A stretch of 64,000 nt of DNA, from contig CM120648.1 in assembly GCA_051362555.1 (NCBI GenBank), positions 12,706,587 to 12,770,586 of the forward strand, written 5' to 3'. Under the pieces are notes generated by a model that saw only the letters and a program-made list of their open reading frames with translations, was not told the origin of the DNA and did not search any database. The position numbers and the translations under genes are program-made. How positions within the stretch are numbered: position 1 is the first letter of the stretch; every line of letters starts with the position of its first letter. Origin of the DNA: Lingula anatina (Eukaryota; Animalia; Brachiopoda). Positions 38,001-52,400 of this stretch are shown here, piece by piece.

Positions 38001-40064
38001 CTAGTACAGTGCTGTCTACACCATGTCTTATGTGTCTGTAGGTACAAGTCAGTCTGCTGGTACAGTGCTGTCTACATCTTGTCATGTGTTTCTGTGGGTA
38101 CAAGTCAGTCTGCTGGTACAGTGCTGTCTACATCATGTCATGTGTTTCTGTGGGTACAAGCCAGTCTGCTGGTACAGTGTTGTCTACATCATGTCATGTG
38201 TTTCTGTGGGTACAAGTCAGTCTGTTGGTACAGTGCTGTCTACATCATGTCTTGTGTGTCTGTGGTACAAGTCAGTCTGTCGGTACAGTACTGTCTACAT
38301 CATATCATGTGCGTCTGTGGGTACAAGTCAGTCGGCTGGTACAGTGTTGTCTACATCATGTCTAAGAGTCATTTAGATAAACTGTTGGTAGATTTTAATG
38401 GAAGCAGTGAAACTATTTTAAATGTCATGTAAATAAAGTGAGGAATAAACAAATTGACTCGTATTCGTAGATGAACATAAAACGTTGGTACAGTGCTGTC
38501 TTCAACGTCATGTGTATCTGTAGGTACAAGTCATTCTGCTGATACAGTGCTGTCTACATCATATTGTGTGTCTGCAGGTACAAACAGTCTGCTGGTACAG
38601 TGATGTCTACATCATATTGTGTGTCTGCAGGTACAAACAGTCTGCTGGTACCGTGATGTCTACATCATATTGTGTGTCTGCAGGTACAAACAGTCTGCTG
38701 GTACAGTGATGTCTACATCATGTCATGTGTATCTGTAGGTACAAGTCAGTCTGCTGGTACAGTGATGTCTACATCATGTCATGTGTGTCTGTAGGTACAA
38801 GTCAATCGGCTGGTACAGTGTTGTCTACATCATGTCATGTGTATCTGTGGGTACAAGTCAGTCTGTTGGTACAGTGTTGTCTACATCATGTCATGTGTAT
38901 CTGTGGGTACAAGTCAGTTTGCTGTTACAGTGCTGTCTACATCATATCATGTGCGTCTGTGGGTACAAGTCAATCTGCTGGTACAGTGCTGTCTACATCA
39001 TGTCATGTCTGTCTGTAGGTACAAGCCAATCTGCTGGCACAGTGCGGTCTTCAACATGTCATGTGTATCTGTAGGTACAAGTCAGTCTGCTGGTACAGTG
39101 CTGTCTACATCATGTTTCATACAAATGGGGACCAGCCCTAGTCCAGGAATATGCACAGTTTCTCCTTCCACTGGCTTTGAGATTGTCACCAATTTCTCAG
39201 TGAATTGCTCTGGGTTCAGTGACAGCACTAGTCAACTCCACTATAACTACCATTTTTGGGATGGAGATCCTGCTACCAAGAATCAATCAGGTAACTGGTC
39301 TGCATTTTGTAAATGAATAGTTTAAATGGCAATAGCTAAAATTGTTAGCCATTTCATTATAAATGGCAGCAGTTAAAATTGTTAGGCAAGTTGATCTTAC
39401 ATAATCATAGGATCTGCATAACATATGGTCTTTGGAAATTTCAACCAAACTTTAGCCAAATATCTGAGTGTGATATGTATCCACATATGGAGATGGAGAA
39501 GCTTTGATTTCATGTATCATACCTGATTCAGAAGCGCATTGTAATATTCCAGCACTGAGGGTTGACCTGTTTGTATCCACCAATATTTGTGTAAAAATGT
39601 TCATATTTCCTTCAGGTATCCTGTTAGGCAGCAGTTCTGGTGGTTATATCCACATCTCTGCCCTGTCTGTGTCCCCAGCCAGTGAGAACAGTCAGGGAGA
39701 GGTCCGTGTGCATGCTGTCAATGAAGATGGTATGAGGACAGTGGTGACTTCCACTGTCCAGGTATGTTGACATTATCTGTAGGCCAGGGTTAGTGTGTGC
39801 ATGCTGTCAATGAAGATGGTATGAGGACAGTGGTGACTTCCACTGTCCAGGTATGTTGACATTATCTGTAGGCCGGGGTTAGTGTGTGCATGCTGTCAAT
39901 GACAATGGTATGGGGATACTGGTGACTTCCACTGTGGAAATAATTTGACATTAAATATGCAGTCCATGTCAACCAGAAGAACTTTCAAACCTACTGGCCC
40001 TTTGGGATATTAAGGACAGCAACTGAACAAATTTATGTTATTTACACTACCCTGATACCAAATT

Positions 40065-40101
<37 letters not shown>

Positions 40102-40260
40102 AAAAGTGTTTTTCCTGTACGAGTAAATATATATAATAAAAAGAAAAAAATAACAGCAGCTATTTTGCCACGACTGATAACAACACATTCAGCCTTTAAA
40201 CCCCCTGAAGATGCAATGAAACCGGTTGGGCAAAATAGCTGCTGTTATTTTTTTCTTTTT

Positions 40261-40293
<33 letters not shown>

Positions 40294-43200
40294 TCACATT
40301 CAGAACACATGATCCACGTAGCTACTGATCTGTAGACATAATATGGCCAACCCTACTTAAAAGCAAGCATTCTAATCCACTGATGGTCATCCCGCCTCCA
40401 CACACCATAAAGTGGATTAAATCTTGGCTCAGTGGTTTTATTACTAGGCCCCTGCAGGATGTTGAGAGACCATCAGTAGATCAGTTGGCATTGCTTTTAA
40501 GTAGGTGAGCCATTTTTGATCTGCAGATCTGTTGGTCTACTGATCAACATATTCATAGTTTAGATTAGATTTGGTGTACCTGTATTTTCTGTTTAAGGTC
40601 CGTCCATTAGGTGACCATCCTGATTTAGCGGACAGAGATGTTGGTACCTTTCTGGAGGAGATAACAGGGGATTTGAACGGCATCTTGTGGACTGCTGTGA
40701 GAGAAGGCGACTACACAGGTTCTCTTTCTGTCTATATAATTGTAAACCGTCAACCCTTGGGTTGTGATTTTTTTTACTTAATCATTATTTTTTTAAAGTG
40801 TATTTATTTGAATAACAGAATGTTTGCTAGCTAGGTTTTATATGTTAATATTTTGTCACATCCTTCCCTGTGGTATGGACTTTTAGCTGTCCTACAGCTG
40901 TTTGAATCTGTCAGTTATGTTAAGTTCTGTATGTTATTCACATCCTTCTCTGTGTTAATTTCTATATGTTATTCACATCCTTCTCTGTGTTAAGTTCTAT
41001 ATGTTATTCACGTCCTTCTCTGTGTTAAGTTCTATATGTTATTCACATCCTTCTCTGTGTTAAGTTCTATATGTTATTCACATCCTTCTCTGTGTTAAGT
41101 TCTGTATGTTATTCACATTCTTCTCTGTGATATTGGCTTATAGCTGTCCTGCAGCTCCTTGAATTTGTCAGTCATATGTTAAGATCTATATGTTATTACC
41201 TTGGGTCACATACTTCCCTGTGATATTGGCTTTTAGCTGTTCTACAGTTGGTTGATGCTGTCAGTTCCTTGCTGAATTCTGGGACAGAAAAATTAGCAAG
41301 GGAACAGGTAAATAAATAGATAAATGAAAATGAAAAAGACAAAAAAAGATAAATGTCAGAAATATATGGACAAATAAATGAAAATATATTAATGAAATAA
41401 ATAACATTTTGATTGACGGATACAAAGGAAAGGTATTGTAATTAGTCAATCTTTTCTATGGGCAAAAACTATCAAACTTTCATGCAAATCATTTAATAAT
41501 CACAAAAATTGTATTTCTGTATAGTTTTGTGATGTTTTAATTCACATAATAGAACTACACGCTAGCCGGCTACCACATGTACAATATGAATGTTCTAGCT
41601 AATTTTAAGAAATTACAATTTTAAAAATACTATATACGTAAAATTCACAATTGTCCTATATTTAAAAGAGCGAGTAATTACTGTGTAGCACCAGGAAGTC
41701 TTTTCTTCCACAGATACGCAGTGATATGATGGAGGCAGTAGGTAATTTAACTATTGACAGCCTATCTACTGCCCAGCAAGCAGCAGAGACATTGACCAAA
41801 CTCACAGAACACACCAAAGAGATTACTGCAGACTCACAGGTACTGAGCACTTGGTGTCTTTGGCTTTGTAGATAGTTGCCTTTAATCTAGTATTTATATT
41901 CTTCAGGCTCAGTTTTTATGTTTAATCCTCAAAACTTGTTATATCAGGTTAAAAATTGTACATGCTGGTTCTGGTAAATGAATTCCCTTAGCAAAATATC
42001 AGGCCTTCTGGGAACTCTCTCTCAAATTCATCGCAAATTTGCTGCTAATTTACTGTGAATTTGCAGCTAATTTGCTGCAAGCTTGCTGCTAATTTACTGT
42101 GAATTTTCAGCTAATTTGCTGCAAGCTTGCTGCTAATTTGCTGTGAATTTGGAGCAATTTTGCCAGAACATAAACTTTCTTACAAACCTGCTGTAAACTT
42201 TAGTTGTTATTGCAAATTTGTTGCAAATCAGCAGCAAAAAAGAATTTCCTTGCAAACTATTTGCCACAAACGTTTCATTTTGCTAAGGGATTTTTTTGTT
42301 TTATCTGCAGACACTGCAAGTGGATTCATTTCGTAGTGTTTTATGTAATGTGTTATGTACTTGTCATAATGAAAGTTGCTGCTAATTTGTTGCAAATTCG
42401 CCAAAACATAAAACTTTTCTTGCAAACTTTCTGCAAACGTAAGTTTATTTGCAAATTAGCAGCAATACATATTTTTCTTGCAAACTCCTGCTCACTAGTT
42501 GCTGCAAACTTTTAATTTGCAGCAATTTTGCTGCAATATTGCTGCAAACTTTAAATTTTGCTAAGGGGATCCATACGTGTTTGGGAAGCCCCCCCCCCCC
42601 CCTACGATTTTTTGCACCCACGTCGTCAACTTACAGAAACTCAACATAAAAATCATACATGTGAATTACACTAAGTTGTACAAATCTTCACTATTGTTAT
42701 TCTGCACAAAATGGAATTTATGGGTATCATGTGTACACTGCTCAGACATCATTTTTCCTATTGAAAAGATCGAAGATTACCATACCTCCATATTGATTAG
42801 ATTAATTTTCAGACTTCAGGCATGGACACAGTTGAAAGGTTATCCCTAGTGTTGAGCAGTGGACAGAGGAATGCAACTTTTACTGAAGTAGAGGACACTG
42901 CCACGTAAGCCAGAAAAGAAACTCTTTTAAAAAACTTTGTAGCATGCTAAGACTTGAAGAGACACCAGTCTTCCTGGCCCCCATTTCACAAAGAATCTTA
43001 AATCCGTAGTTGACTGGCTTGAGCTGAGTGACATTACAAGGTCGATTACTCTGCAGTCAACTAGGCGTGTTTCACAAAGAATCTTAAGTCTTAGCTCGGT
43101 GCTCTTACCATAGTCAATGTACACAAGAAACTCAACAAAAATAGATGTAAAAATCCATTAAGTTTTGGCCGAGAACGGTCATAAATCAACAATAAAAATC

Positions 43201-45915
43201 AGTCAAAACGTAAAACAAAGTTTGTTTTTGAGCTTTATTGATTAGTTTAACTTCAAAAGAACTTCAAAGTAACATGAAAACATTAGCTTGTCTTGGAATG
43301 CTGCTGTAGGACATCTAGTGGTCAAAAATATAAACAAACCCGTGCTTGGCTGGATGAAGTTACATTTTAATTTTTTTTTTATTTAAATATTCAATTAATT
43401 TCAGTACTGTTCAAGGATATTATAACACAATATGTTGATGGAGGTATGTTCTTTCCCAATTTTTGTTGATTATGCCCTCATTTACCAAGTTTTAGTTGAG
43501 CTTTCTGACTTAGACACCTCCCAAGGAAGCTAGGATTTGTCGACTAGCAGCTAAGAAAAAACCGATGTAAGGGACCTTTTAGATTCTTCATGAAACATGA
43601 CTAAGTGAAGTAAGGACTTAATCACATTGATAATCAAGCTTTTAGTCAGGGAACCCGACTTAGGTTTTTTTGTGAAATGGAGCCCTGAACACTTACATTG
43701 GACTAATATCTTTATAAGCTTTGATTTGTTTTCATGGCATCAGATCCATCTCATTCTAAGTGCATTTTCTATTTTGATATACATGTATCATTATTTATAA
43801 CAATATTAATTTTTCTGCTCTTTTCCGTGATTTAAATGTTTAAAGTAAAAAAAAAAAAAAAAGAAACTTCAAACTAGGAACTATAAGGCAAACAAGAGGA
43901 CTTCTCTGCATTCAATTGGCTGAGGCAAAAAACAAACAATATTTTGAAAACTCCTTATTGATCATATTTAACAAAATTAAAAATAAATGTAGTTATGTTC
44001 ATCGTTTAACTTAAAATATTGTTTCTTATTATTTAGTATGATCCTACAATCCACCTCTAACTTGTTAAATGCCTCCATGGAGGAGTCGAGAGAACTGAAT
44101 ATCACCAACATGACACAACCTGAGAGGGTCAAAGTGCAGAAGGTGAGAAGAAAGATCAGAAGCCAGACCCTATTGTACTAACTGTGTTCAGTCTTTCTCC
44201 GAGAGGATTCTTGCTAAATTGCAATCAATTTAAGCAGCTTAGATGTCTTTCATGCCTACTGAAGCTGCTAGTAGATAATTAATTCTCATTAAGCAACTAC
44301 AGTAGGCATGCCAGACATCTAAGCCACTTAAGCTGAAAGCAGTTTAGCATGAAACCCCTTGGAGATGGATAGGTCCTGTTAGATCAATCTTGGTATGGGA
44401 ACCTAGTCTTAGTCAGCTGTCTGATTAATTTCTCTTCCAGACAATACAAGCTTGTATAGCCAGGAATTTTAAAGAGGGGGGGGGGGTCTTTTTCTGAAAA
44501 AGTGGATCTTTTACCACAAAACTTAGAGTACCTATACATGTAGGTTAATAATTCTTACCTTCACAGACCTTTTCTCCAACAAAAAGGGCAAATGTTTGAA
44601 CTCCCCTTACCTCCCTGGCTATGGGCCTGCAATTTAACAGGCAAAAAAGCTGCAACCAAACAACCAGCCAAATCATCCAAACAACCAGCAACATCAACTA
44701 AACAACCAGCAACATCAACTAAACAACCAGCCAGGTCAAACATACAACCAGCAACATCAACTAAACAACCATCCAGATCAACCAAACAACCGACAACGTC
44801 AACCAAATAAATCACATTTATTGTACCAAACACAAAAAAGGAAGAGAAAGAAGAAAAATTGGCACATTCTTTGCTCAGAATAAACAAAACAATTGCCTCT
44901 ACCAAACATGCAAACAACCAACAACAAACTATCCCATAAGTCAAAAGCAAGGAAGAAAAAGTTCCTATACCAAATAGTCCAATCCCTAATTATAAACCTC
45001 TCCAAACAAGATGTTAAATGTATATTTTCATCTTGCAGACCAGATACATAGCAAATAAAGCACTGAATGTCATCAGCACTATCTCAGACACTGTGCTGGC
45101 AAAGAAGGTACCAGGAGAGGAACCCATTGTTATAGCCACCAAGACTTTGAGTGTCAAGGTGGGTGAGCTTTGCCAAGAACAAAATTGAACCCACATGCTT
45201 GAAGATTTAACATGTAGTATGTCTTCACTATTGTGGTAAGGCTGTCAGTTTTGCCCTCGCCTTGGTTCAAAGGGTTACAGAATATGTATCTTTCAGTAAT
45301 GATGCCCCAGTTTCATTAAAAGGCTAGAGTAGAATGCTAATTAAAGCCGTACTCATGAAAATTTAAGAAATGTTCAGCATCTTTAAGTATAGAAATGATA
45401 TGGTTAGACACAAATATTTACTTTATCATTTAATCAAAAGTTAATCATATTGACTATTACCTAAAAAACAATTACCAATTTGTAAGTAATATGGTAGCAA
45501 AAATGTTTGTTGAAAAGAAATTAAACCCTTTTGTGCAACTTTCTTATCATTTGATAGAGAGCCCAAAAAATATTTCCCTATCAATTTTTATTTCAACTTG
45601 AATCAGTTTTGCACCATTCTTCTGTGATTCACTCATTTTTAAAACTCAACCTTGGCATCAGATACTTTATGCCATGAGAAATTGTGTTTTAGTGTCAAAA
45701 ATTGGACCTGGACACAATGAGTAGTTCCCGCCAACTGCAGGTGCCCCAGCTTATTTCAGCAGAAGGGGGGAGTGATGAGACACCACCATGTATGGTCGGC
45801 AGCTTTGCTTTACCTCCTGTTCAAAATGTGCTTCGTGATGGGCATAAAAATATATCCACTGCAGTTGATTTGCAGGTACTATATTTTTTTCTAATTTGAT
45901 TTAATTAATTAATTA

Positions 45916-45947
<32 letters not shown>

Positions 45948-46373
45948 GCTCATTGCTCACATGCTTGCACAATCTGCAAGGTTATCCATTTGTTCTAAGC
46001 CCAGGGATGGTAAAACTTTGATTAGACCAGTAGATTTTTCAGAACGTGTGAATTTAGTGGTCTGACAGGGGCTTAAGATTTTTTCAAAAGAGCTGCTGAT
46101 TTGATTTAATTTTTTTAAAGTTACTGTTACATGAATATTCTTATTAAAAATACATGACAAAAACATGGTTTAATTATTTATGATATCACTGTAATAGAGA
46201 GAAAATGTTGAGTCTTTCTGATGTTTATTGGACTCATGCATCACTTTGGACCAATTCATTTAAGAAAAGTGGTTGTCCAATTGGCCAGTAGGTTGAAAAG
46301 TTAATGGCACAGTCTGTTACTGCTTTACTGAATACCAGCATGTCACATGCATCACTATAGTGTGTGTTTATGT

Positions 46374-46404
<31 letters not shown>

Positions 46405-49400
46405 GGGTTGTAATGATAGACAGCCTCTTTGATGCTATTTTATTTTTTTCATTTATTTAACAATGTAAATGCTTTCAGAGAGCCCTCCTTACATATGATT
46501 CCCTGAACAAAGGCACATTTTAGTATCTTACAGTAAAATGGGTGTTTATTAATTAATTTATTTATCAGATGTTCTACATGCCGGAGAATCCATTCACCTG
46601 GGATGTTTCAGCTCAAGATGTCACCTCCAGCTGCTCTGGTATTAAAGTGATTATAGATGGTGCTAGGTACCAGCCTGCCTGGCTGCCAGAACCAATGGAT
46701 ATTTACATCCCTGTTGGAAGTAAGAAACTAAAAGATGTCGTGTAGACTAGTGACTTGTTGCTACAAAATATTCCATAAAAGGGATTTGTTTTGTTTATAC
46801 TTTTGATACTTTGTCCTCAAATTTCAGTTTTACTTTCATATTCTCTCAATACACTTTATACAAATATTGTCCATGTTACATGTTTGTAAAAAAAATTTGG
46901 CATGCTGCTAGATATTGGATTTTGAATTAACAAGTTTAAAACATGAGTATAGAGATACTGCTACATGTGGCAAGCTGGCTTACAGTTTCAGTTGGGAACA
47001 AGTTTACATGAGATTTAAATAAAACCACGAAAAAGATTTGAAAAAAACCTTAATTCTATTTCACAGAAGCTGACATGAACTGTGGTATCACCCTCCTCCA
47101 ACTTGAAGGAAGGACTAACGGGACCATGGAGGACGTCATTTACTTCAAGTTTGATGCTGAGACCAACAAATCACATCAGATCACCATCTGGCCAGTAGAC
47201 AATAATACCACCTTGCAAGTTTACCTGAAAGCCAATGCCAGGCCTAGCAAGGAAGAGGTATGCTGCTTAGTCAGTGCATTTATGGCCGCATTCGCATCGA
47301 GAAAAGCTGAGGCTCTACAAAGCTGAGAACTAAATATGGTGGACGTACAAGGAAAATCACCTAATCCTTTAATGGTCTCTCCACCTCTCACACGCCTACC
47401 CACGCGTCATCCCAATGGAGCCGAGATTTAATGACTGTACCCACACAGGGGTGATGCGTGGGGAGGCGTGTGAGAGGCGGAGAGACCATGAGGAATGAGG
47501 AACATAACACTGGTGACGAGGATGATGGATCTTTCAACACCGAGTGACAAGACTTCACAATTCAGGGAGTTGCCGTCGTAAGCCTGAAGGACAGTTAGAT
47601 GAAAACGGTCTGGGGAAATGAAGCACGTGGAAAACGTAACTGTGACGTTATGAAAGTTCAGCATGGCAGGTATTAATAAGACTGTTTTCGAGCAATTTAA
47701 CGAAAAATCCGGTGATATTGACAGTTATTTGGACAGATCAGATCAATTCTTCATAGCGGTGGATATACTAGATAATGCCGATAACAGAAGTAAAAGAAGA
47801 GCAGTTTTACTTAGTAGCATTGGCTCTGACACTTACCGCACGTTAAGAGATTTGTGTTTTCCCGACGAGCCGAAAGATAAAAGTTATGCCCAGCTGGTGG
47901 AATTGCTTAAGCAGCACTTTAGGCCTAAAAGACTGGTAGTGGCTGAAAGATTTAAATTTCATAAGACAGTGCAGCTTCCAGGGCAGTCAGTGACAGATTT
48001 CTCCCAAGTTTTAAGGCAGAAAGCAAAGTTCTGTAATTTTGGAGAAAATCTTCAAGATAGTCTAAGAGATCAGTTCATAGTTGGGATTCAGTCAGAAAAT
48101 ATCCAGAAGAAATTGCTCTCTCAAAATGTCAATTTACAGCAAGCTGTGGATATAGTTCTAGCTCAAGAGTGTGCAGAGAAAAATGTGCTTGATCTCAATA
48201 GAAGAGGTGAAGAAGTACATAAGGTGTTCCAGCCCAAGCAGCAGGTGCGTTATGTCAAACCTTGTGAATGCTGTGCCAACACAAATCACAGGACTGTGGA
48301 ATATAAACACAAAGATAAGAAATGTTTCAATTGTGGAGAAGTGGGACATTTGAAAGGTATCTGTAAGAAACAGGCCCGTAGCCAGCAATTTCAAAAGAGG
48401 GGTACTTTTCTGAAAAAGTGTTCCTTTTCCCATAAAAACTCCATGTACCTAGTTCAAATTTAACCCAGAGTGGACCTTTCCCAGCAAAAGGGACGGTTCT
48501 TTTGAACCCCCCGAACCCCCCCTGGCTACGGGCCTGAGAAAGATATCAAAAAGAGTAAGGGTCACAATCCGGATGGCATCAAGAAACCCCAGAGTTACAA
48601 GAGAAGTTACCAGAAGCACAGGGCACATTATGTTGATAGTGGAACTGGTAGTGTGGCCACAGATGAAGGCGATTTTTGTTTGTCAATATTGAAGGTCAAC
48701 AATGAGAGTGACAGAGCACCCAGAATCAAGGTACCAGTAGCAATGGAGGGAGTTAATGTCAAGATGGAGTTGGACATGGGTTCAAGTGTGTCTATTATGA
48801 GCTTCAGGGACTATGAGACTTTACTTCCCAGAATTCCTTTGCAGTCAACGAAACGCAAATTATATGGTCACTCTGGTAATCAGTTGAAAATTGCAGGCAC
48901 AGTTGAAGTGAAAGTCAACAGCAAAGTGCTAAGTTAACATTGTTTATTATTCATGGAGATTCCGAGCGATATACACCTACCTTGTTGGGACATGAATGGT
49001 TGACAGTTCTCAAGTTGGACTGGACGGAGTTATTTTCCCAGTATCCAGTGGTGAATGCTGTGAACATGGATCCAGTATCAGAATTAAAGGGGAACTATAG
49101 TGACATTTTCCAAGCAGGATTACGTTGGGTGTGTAACTGATGTTAAAGCTACACTACATGTCAAGGAAGATGCAGTTCCAATTTTTCATAGAGCACGGCC
49201 AGTTCCCTACGCATTACGAAATTCAGTTGAAAGAGAACTAAGCAGAATGCAGGAAGAGGGAATCATTTATCCGGTCAACTTCAGTGATTGGGCCACACCA
49301 TTAGTTTGCATACCTAAAACTGATGGAACTGTGAGATTGTGTAGAGACGTACTACAAGGTATCGGTGAATACAGCCATCCACACAGATCAATTTCCCATA

Positions 49401-52400
49401 CCTACACCTGAGCAAGTTTTCAGCACACTAACAGGTGGAAAAAATTTTCAAAACTAGATCTGAAATGCGCCTACCAACAGCTATTGCTAGACATGAAGTC
49501 ACAAGAACTGGTCACAATAAACACTCACAAGGGTTTATTCAGGTACACACGTTTACCTTTTGGTGTTTCTTCTAGTCCAGCAATAGGGCAGCGATTCATT
49601 GAGCAAGTGTTGCAAGGTTTAGAGGGCACATGTGCTACAATGGATGATGTGTTGGTGACAGGCAGGAATGATGAAGAACACCTGCGCAATTTGGAAAGAG
49701 GGTTTGAGAGATTCAGAAGTTACAGTCTCCGACTTAAGTCAGAAAAACGCCTCTTTATGCAAGAAAGTGTGGTGTATATGGGAAGTCAGATTTCAAAGAG
49801 GGATATTTAGCCAACTGAAGACAAAGTTGAAGCTATTCACAGCGCTCCAATTCCAAAAAATGTTATCGGGTTATATGTATGGCTTGGAATGGTCAATTTT
49901 CAAGGGCAGTTCATTCCCAATTTATCAACAATGATACATCCACTGAATGAACTCTTGGGTAACAAACCATGGCAGTGGACGGAAAGCTGTGACAGGGCAT
50001 TCAAGATGCTGAAATCAGCTATTAGTTCTGAGACAGTGCTGGCACACTTTGATGGAAGACTGCCAGTGGAAATTAATTAGTTACAGATGCATCACCTTAC
50101 GGCCTAGGCGCGGCAATATTGCATGTGTATGATGATGGCACATGTAGACCCATTGTGTATGCATCGAGAAGCCTTAATAAACACGAGAAGAGCTACGCGC
50201 AGTTGGATAAGGAAGCATTATCCATTATGTTTGGTGTTAAATGTTTCCGAACATACCTTTATGGCAGGCACTTTACAATTAGAACTGACCATAAACCACT
50301 AGAACGTATACTGGGACCCAAGACAGCAATACCTACCTTGGCCGCACAAAGATTACAGAGATAGGCCATTATGTTGTCTGCTTTTGACTATGATTTTAAG
50401 TTCATACCATCAAGGCAGAATGTATTTGCGGATGCATTGTTACGATTACCATTGCCCAGTACCGCTGATGTGGAAGATGCTGTGTACCAGGTGGAAGACA
50501 AAATGATCAACAGTTTGCCAATTACCAGAAAAGAGATCAGTCAGGCAACGCGAGCAGACCTAGTGTTATTGCGTGTACTAGAGTTTACTAGATATGGATG
50601 GCCAACAGTTGTTGATGACGAGAAACTCAAATGGTATTTTCACAGACGTCATGAGCTTTCTGTGGAACAAGACTGTATTCTGTGGGGTCGTCGAGTTGTA
50701 ATACCACCCAAATTTCAGAATGAGATTCTAGAGGAAATTCATGTGGCACATCCAGGAGTTGTCAGAATGAAAGAAATAGCTCGCAGTTATGTATGGTGGC
50801 CACAGATTGACAGGGATATTGAGAGCACCGTACGTCAATGTGTTAGCTGTCAACAAACCAGGAATCTACCGGCAGTAGCACCGTTAATGCCTTGGATATG
50901 GCCAGGACAGCCATGGAAGAGAGTGCACATTGATTTTGCTGAAAAAGATGGAAATGAATTTCTAATTGTTGTGGATGCACATTCCAAGTGGCCAGAGATT
51001 ATTTTAATGAAATCCACTACATCGAATGCCACAATTAATGTCCTGAGAGGCTTGTTTAGTAGATACGGAATTCCACTACAGGTTGTTAGTGATAATGGTC
51101 CTCAATTCACGAGTGAGGAGTTTGCACACTTTATGAAAATTTATGGGGTCAAACATTTGAAAGTTGCACCATACCAAGCAGCTAGCAATGGAGCAGCAGA
51201 AAGAATGGTGCAGTCTTTTAAACGATCCATAAGTTGCAGTAAAGGAAGCAATGTTCAAGAACAAGGACTCAAAGACTTAAAGAGAGAGAAGCGTAGTGTA
51301 CTAGTATTTACACATGTCACATGACTAGCATATGATGTAATCTCGGGAGACGCGTTGTTGCTCAGACATTAAACTAGACTAAGAATCCTGCTTGTTGTGT
51401 GTTATTATTTTCCCTGCCATCCTAATGTTCAATGAGGAACATAACAAGAGCCTTGGCTGTTCTCGATGTAAATGCGGCCTATGTGTAACCAAAAAAGAGT
51501 TATGATAAATTTTTAATATATTTTTTCACAGATATGCTCTTTCTGAAGTAAATTATGTGGTCAGTTATTGTTGAATTATAAGTATTGAATAGGTACTTTT
51601 TTCAAAAAGTATACATAAATTTAAAAGGATAACAACTGTTCATTTTGACCAAAAATTGAATATTCCTGTGGTAAATAACAATTTTCCCATATAACCAATA
51701 GTTAATGAACCCATCTCTACATTCAAAGTTAGTCCCTTTTTTTTCTAAAAGTTTTTTTTTTTTTTTTTGTTATAATCTCTTAAGAGATTATTACAGAGTA
51801 TAGCTATCTATGTAGGTCACAAGGTACAGATTTCAGAATAATTTCTACAACTGCCGTTTTTGTGGTAAAATAAAATATATTTCTGTGAGTTGTTTACAAT
51901 TATGTATTTATTGTGAAATGTAGATTTGACATGTAGAGTTGTTATCCCTTTAATCACCTCAAAAGCATAATGCAAAAATGTAATAAATCAGTGAGTAATT
52001 AATTAATATGATCAGTTACAATTAAATTATGTGAGTACTCATTAAATTTTTTTTCTAATTGATTGATTTTCTAGATCCTAAACAGCACTACACTTATCCC
52101 TATTCCCGAGGAGATGCGTTATCATCATGGCAACCAAAGTGCCAGTGGCTATGTTCTGTTTGTCCCAGAAAATGAAACCACTGAAGCAGACACTGTATAT
52201 TACATTGGGATCACTTTATCAAATACCAGTGATTTGGGGAACAGTGAGTATGGACATAACAGTGATTTTTTAAAAGATTGATTTTTTAAATTATTGTGGA
52301 CTTTTACTAATTCTTAATTTTTCAAGTTCATTTAAAATATATACTGCATTTAATTATACATTTTATTGTATGTTAAGTTATTTATGTAATGGAATTTATT

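Larger units (their letters stand above)
47494..51446 (+). mobile_element. Decayed Ty3/Gypsy LTR retrotransposon (Mag-like)
   Basis: LTR end AATGAGGAACATAACA at 47494-47509 and 51431-51446; PBS TGGTGACGAGGA at 47511; polypurine tract at about 51279-51291; 3' LTR about 51292-51446; domain order gag-PR-RT-RH-IN. Confidence 0.93.

Noticed and set aside
38023-39074. Cys-rich repetitive ORFs in all three frames
   Set aside because: Products of the 56-bp minisatellite cycling through frames; only 39075 onward has REJ homology.
44561-44950. ORFs with KQPATST / GCLVDVA repeats
   Set aside because: 21-bp intronic tandem repeat adjoining a MITE; no convincing splice sites; flanking exons join without it.
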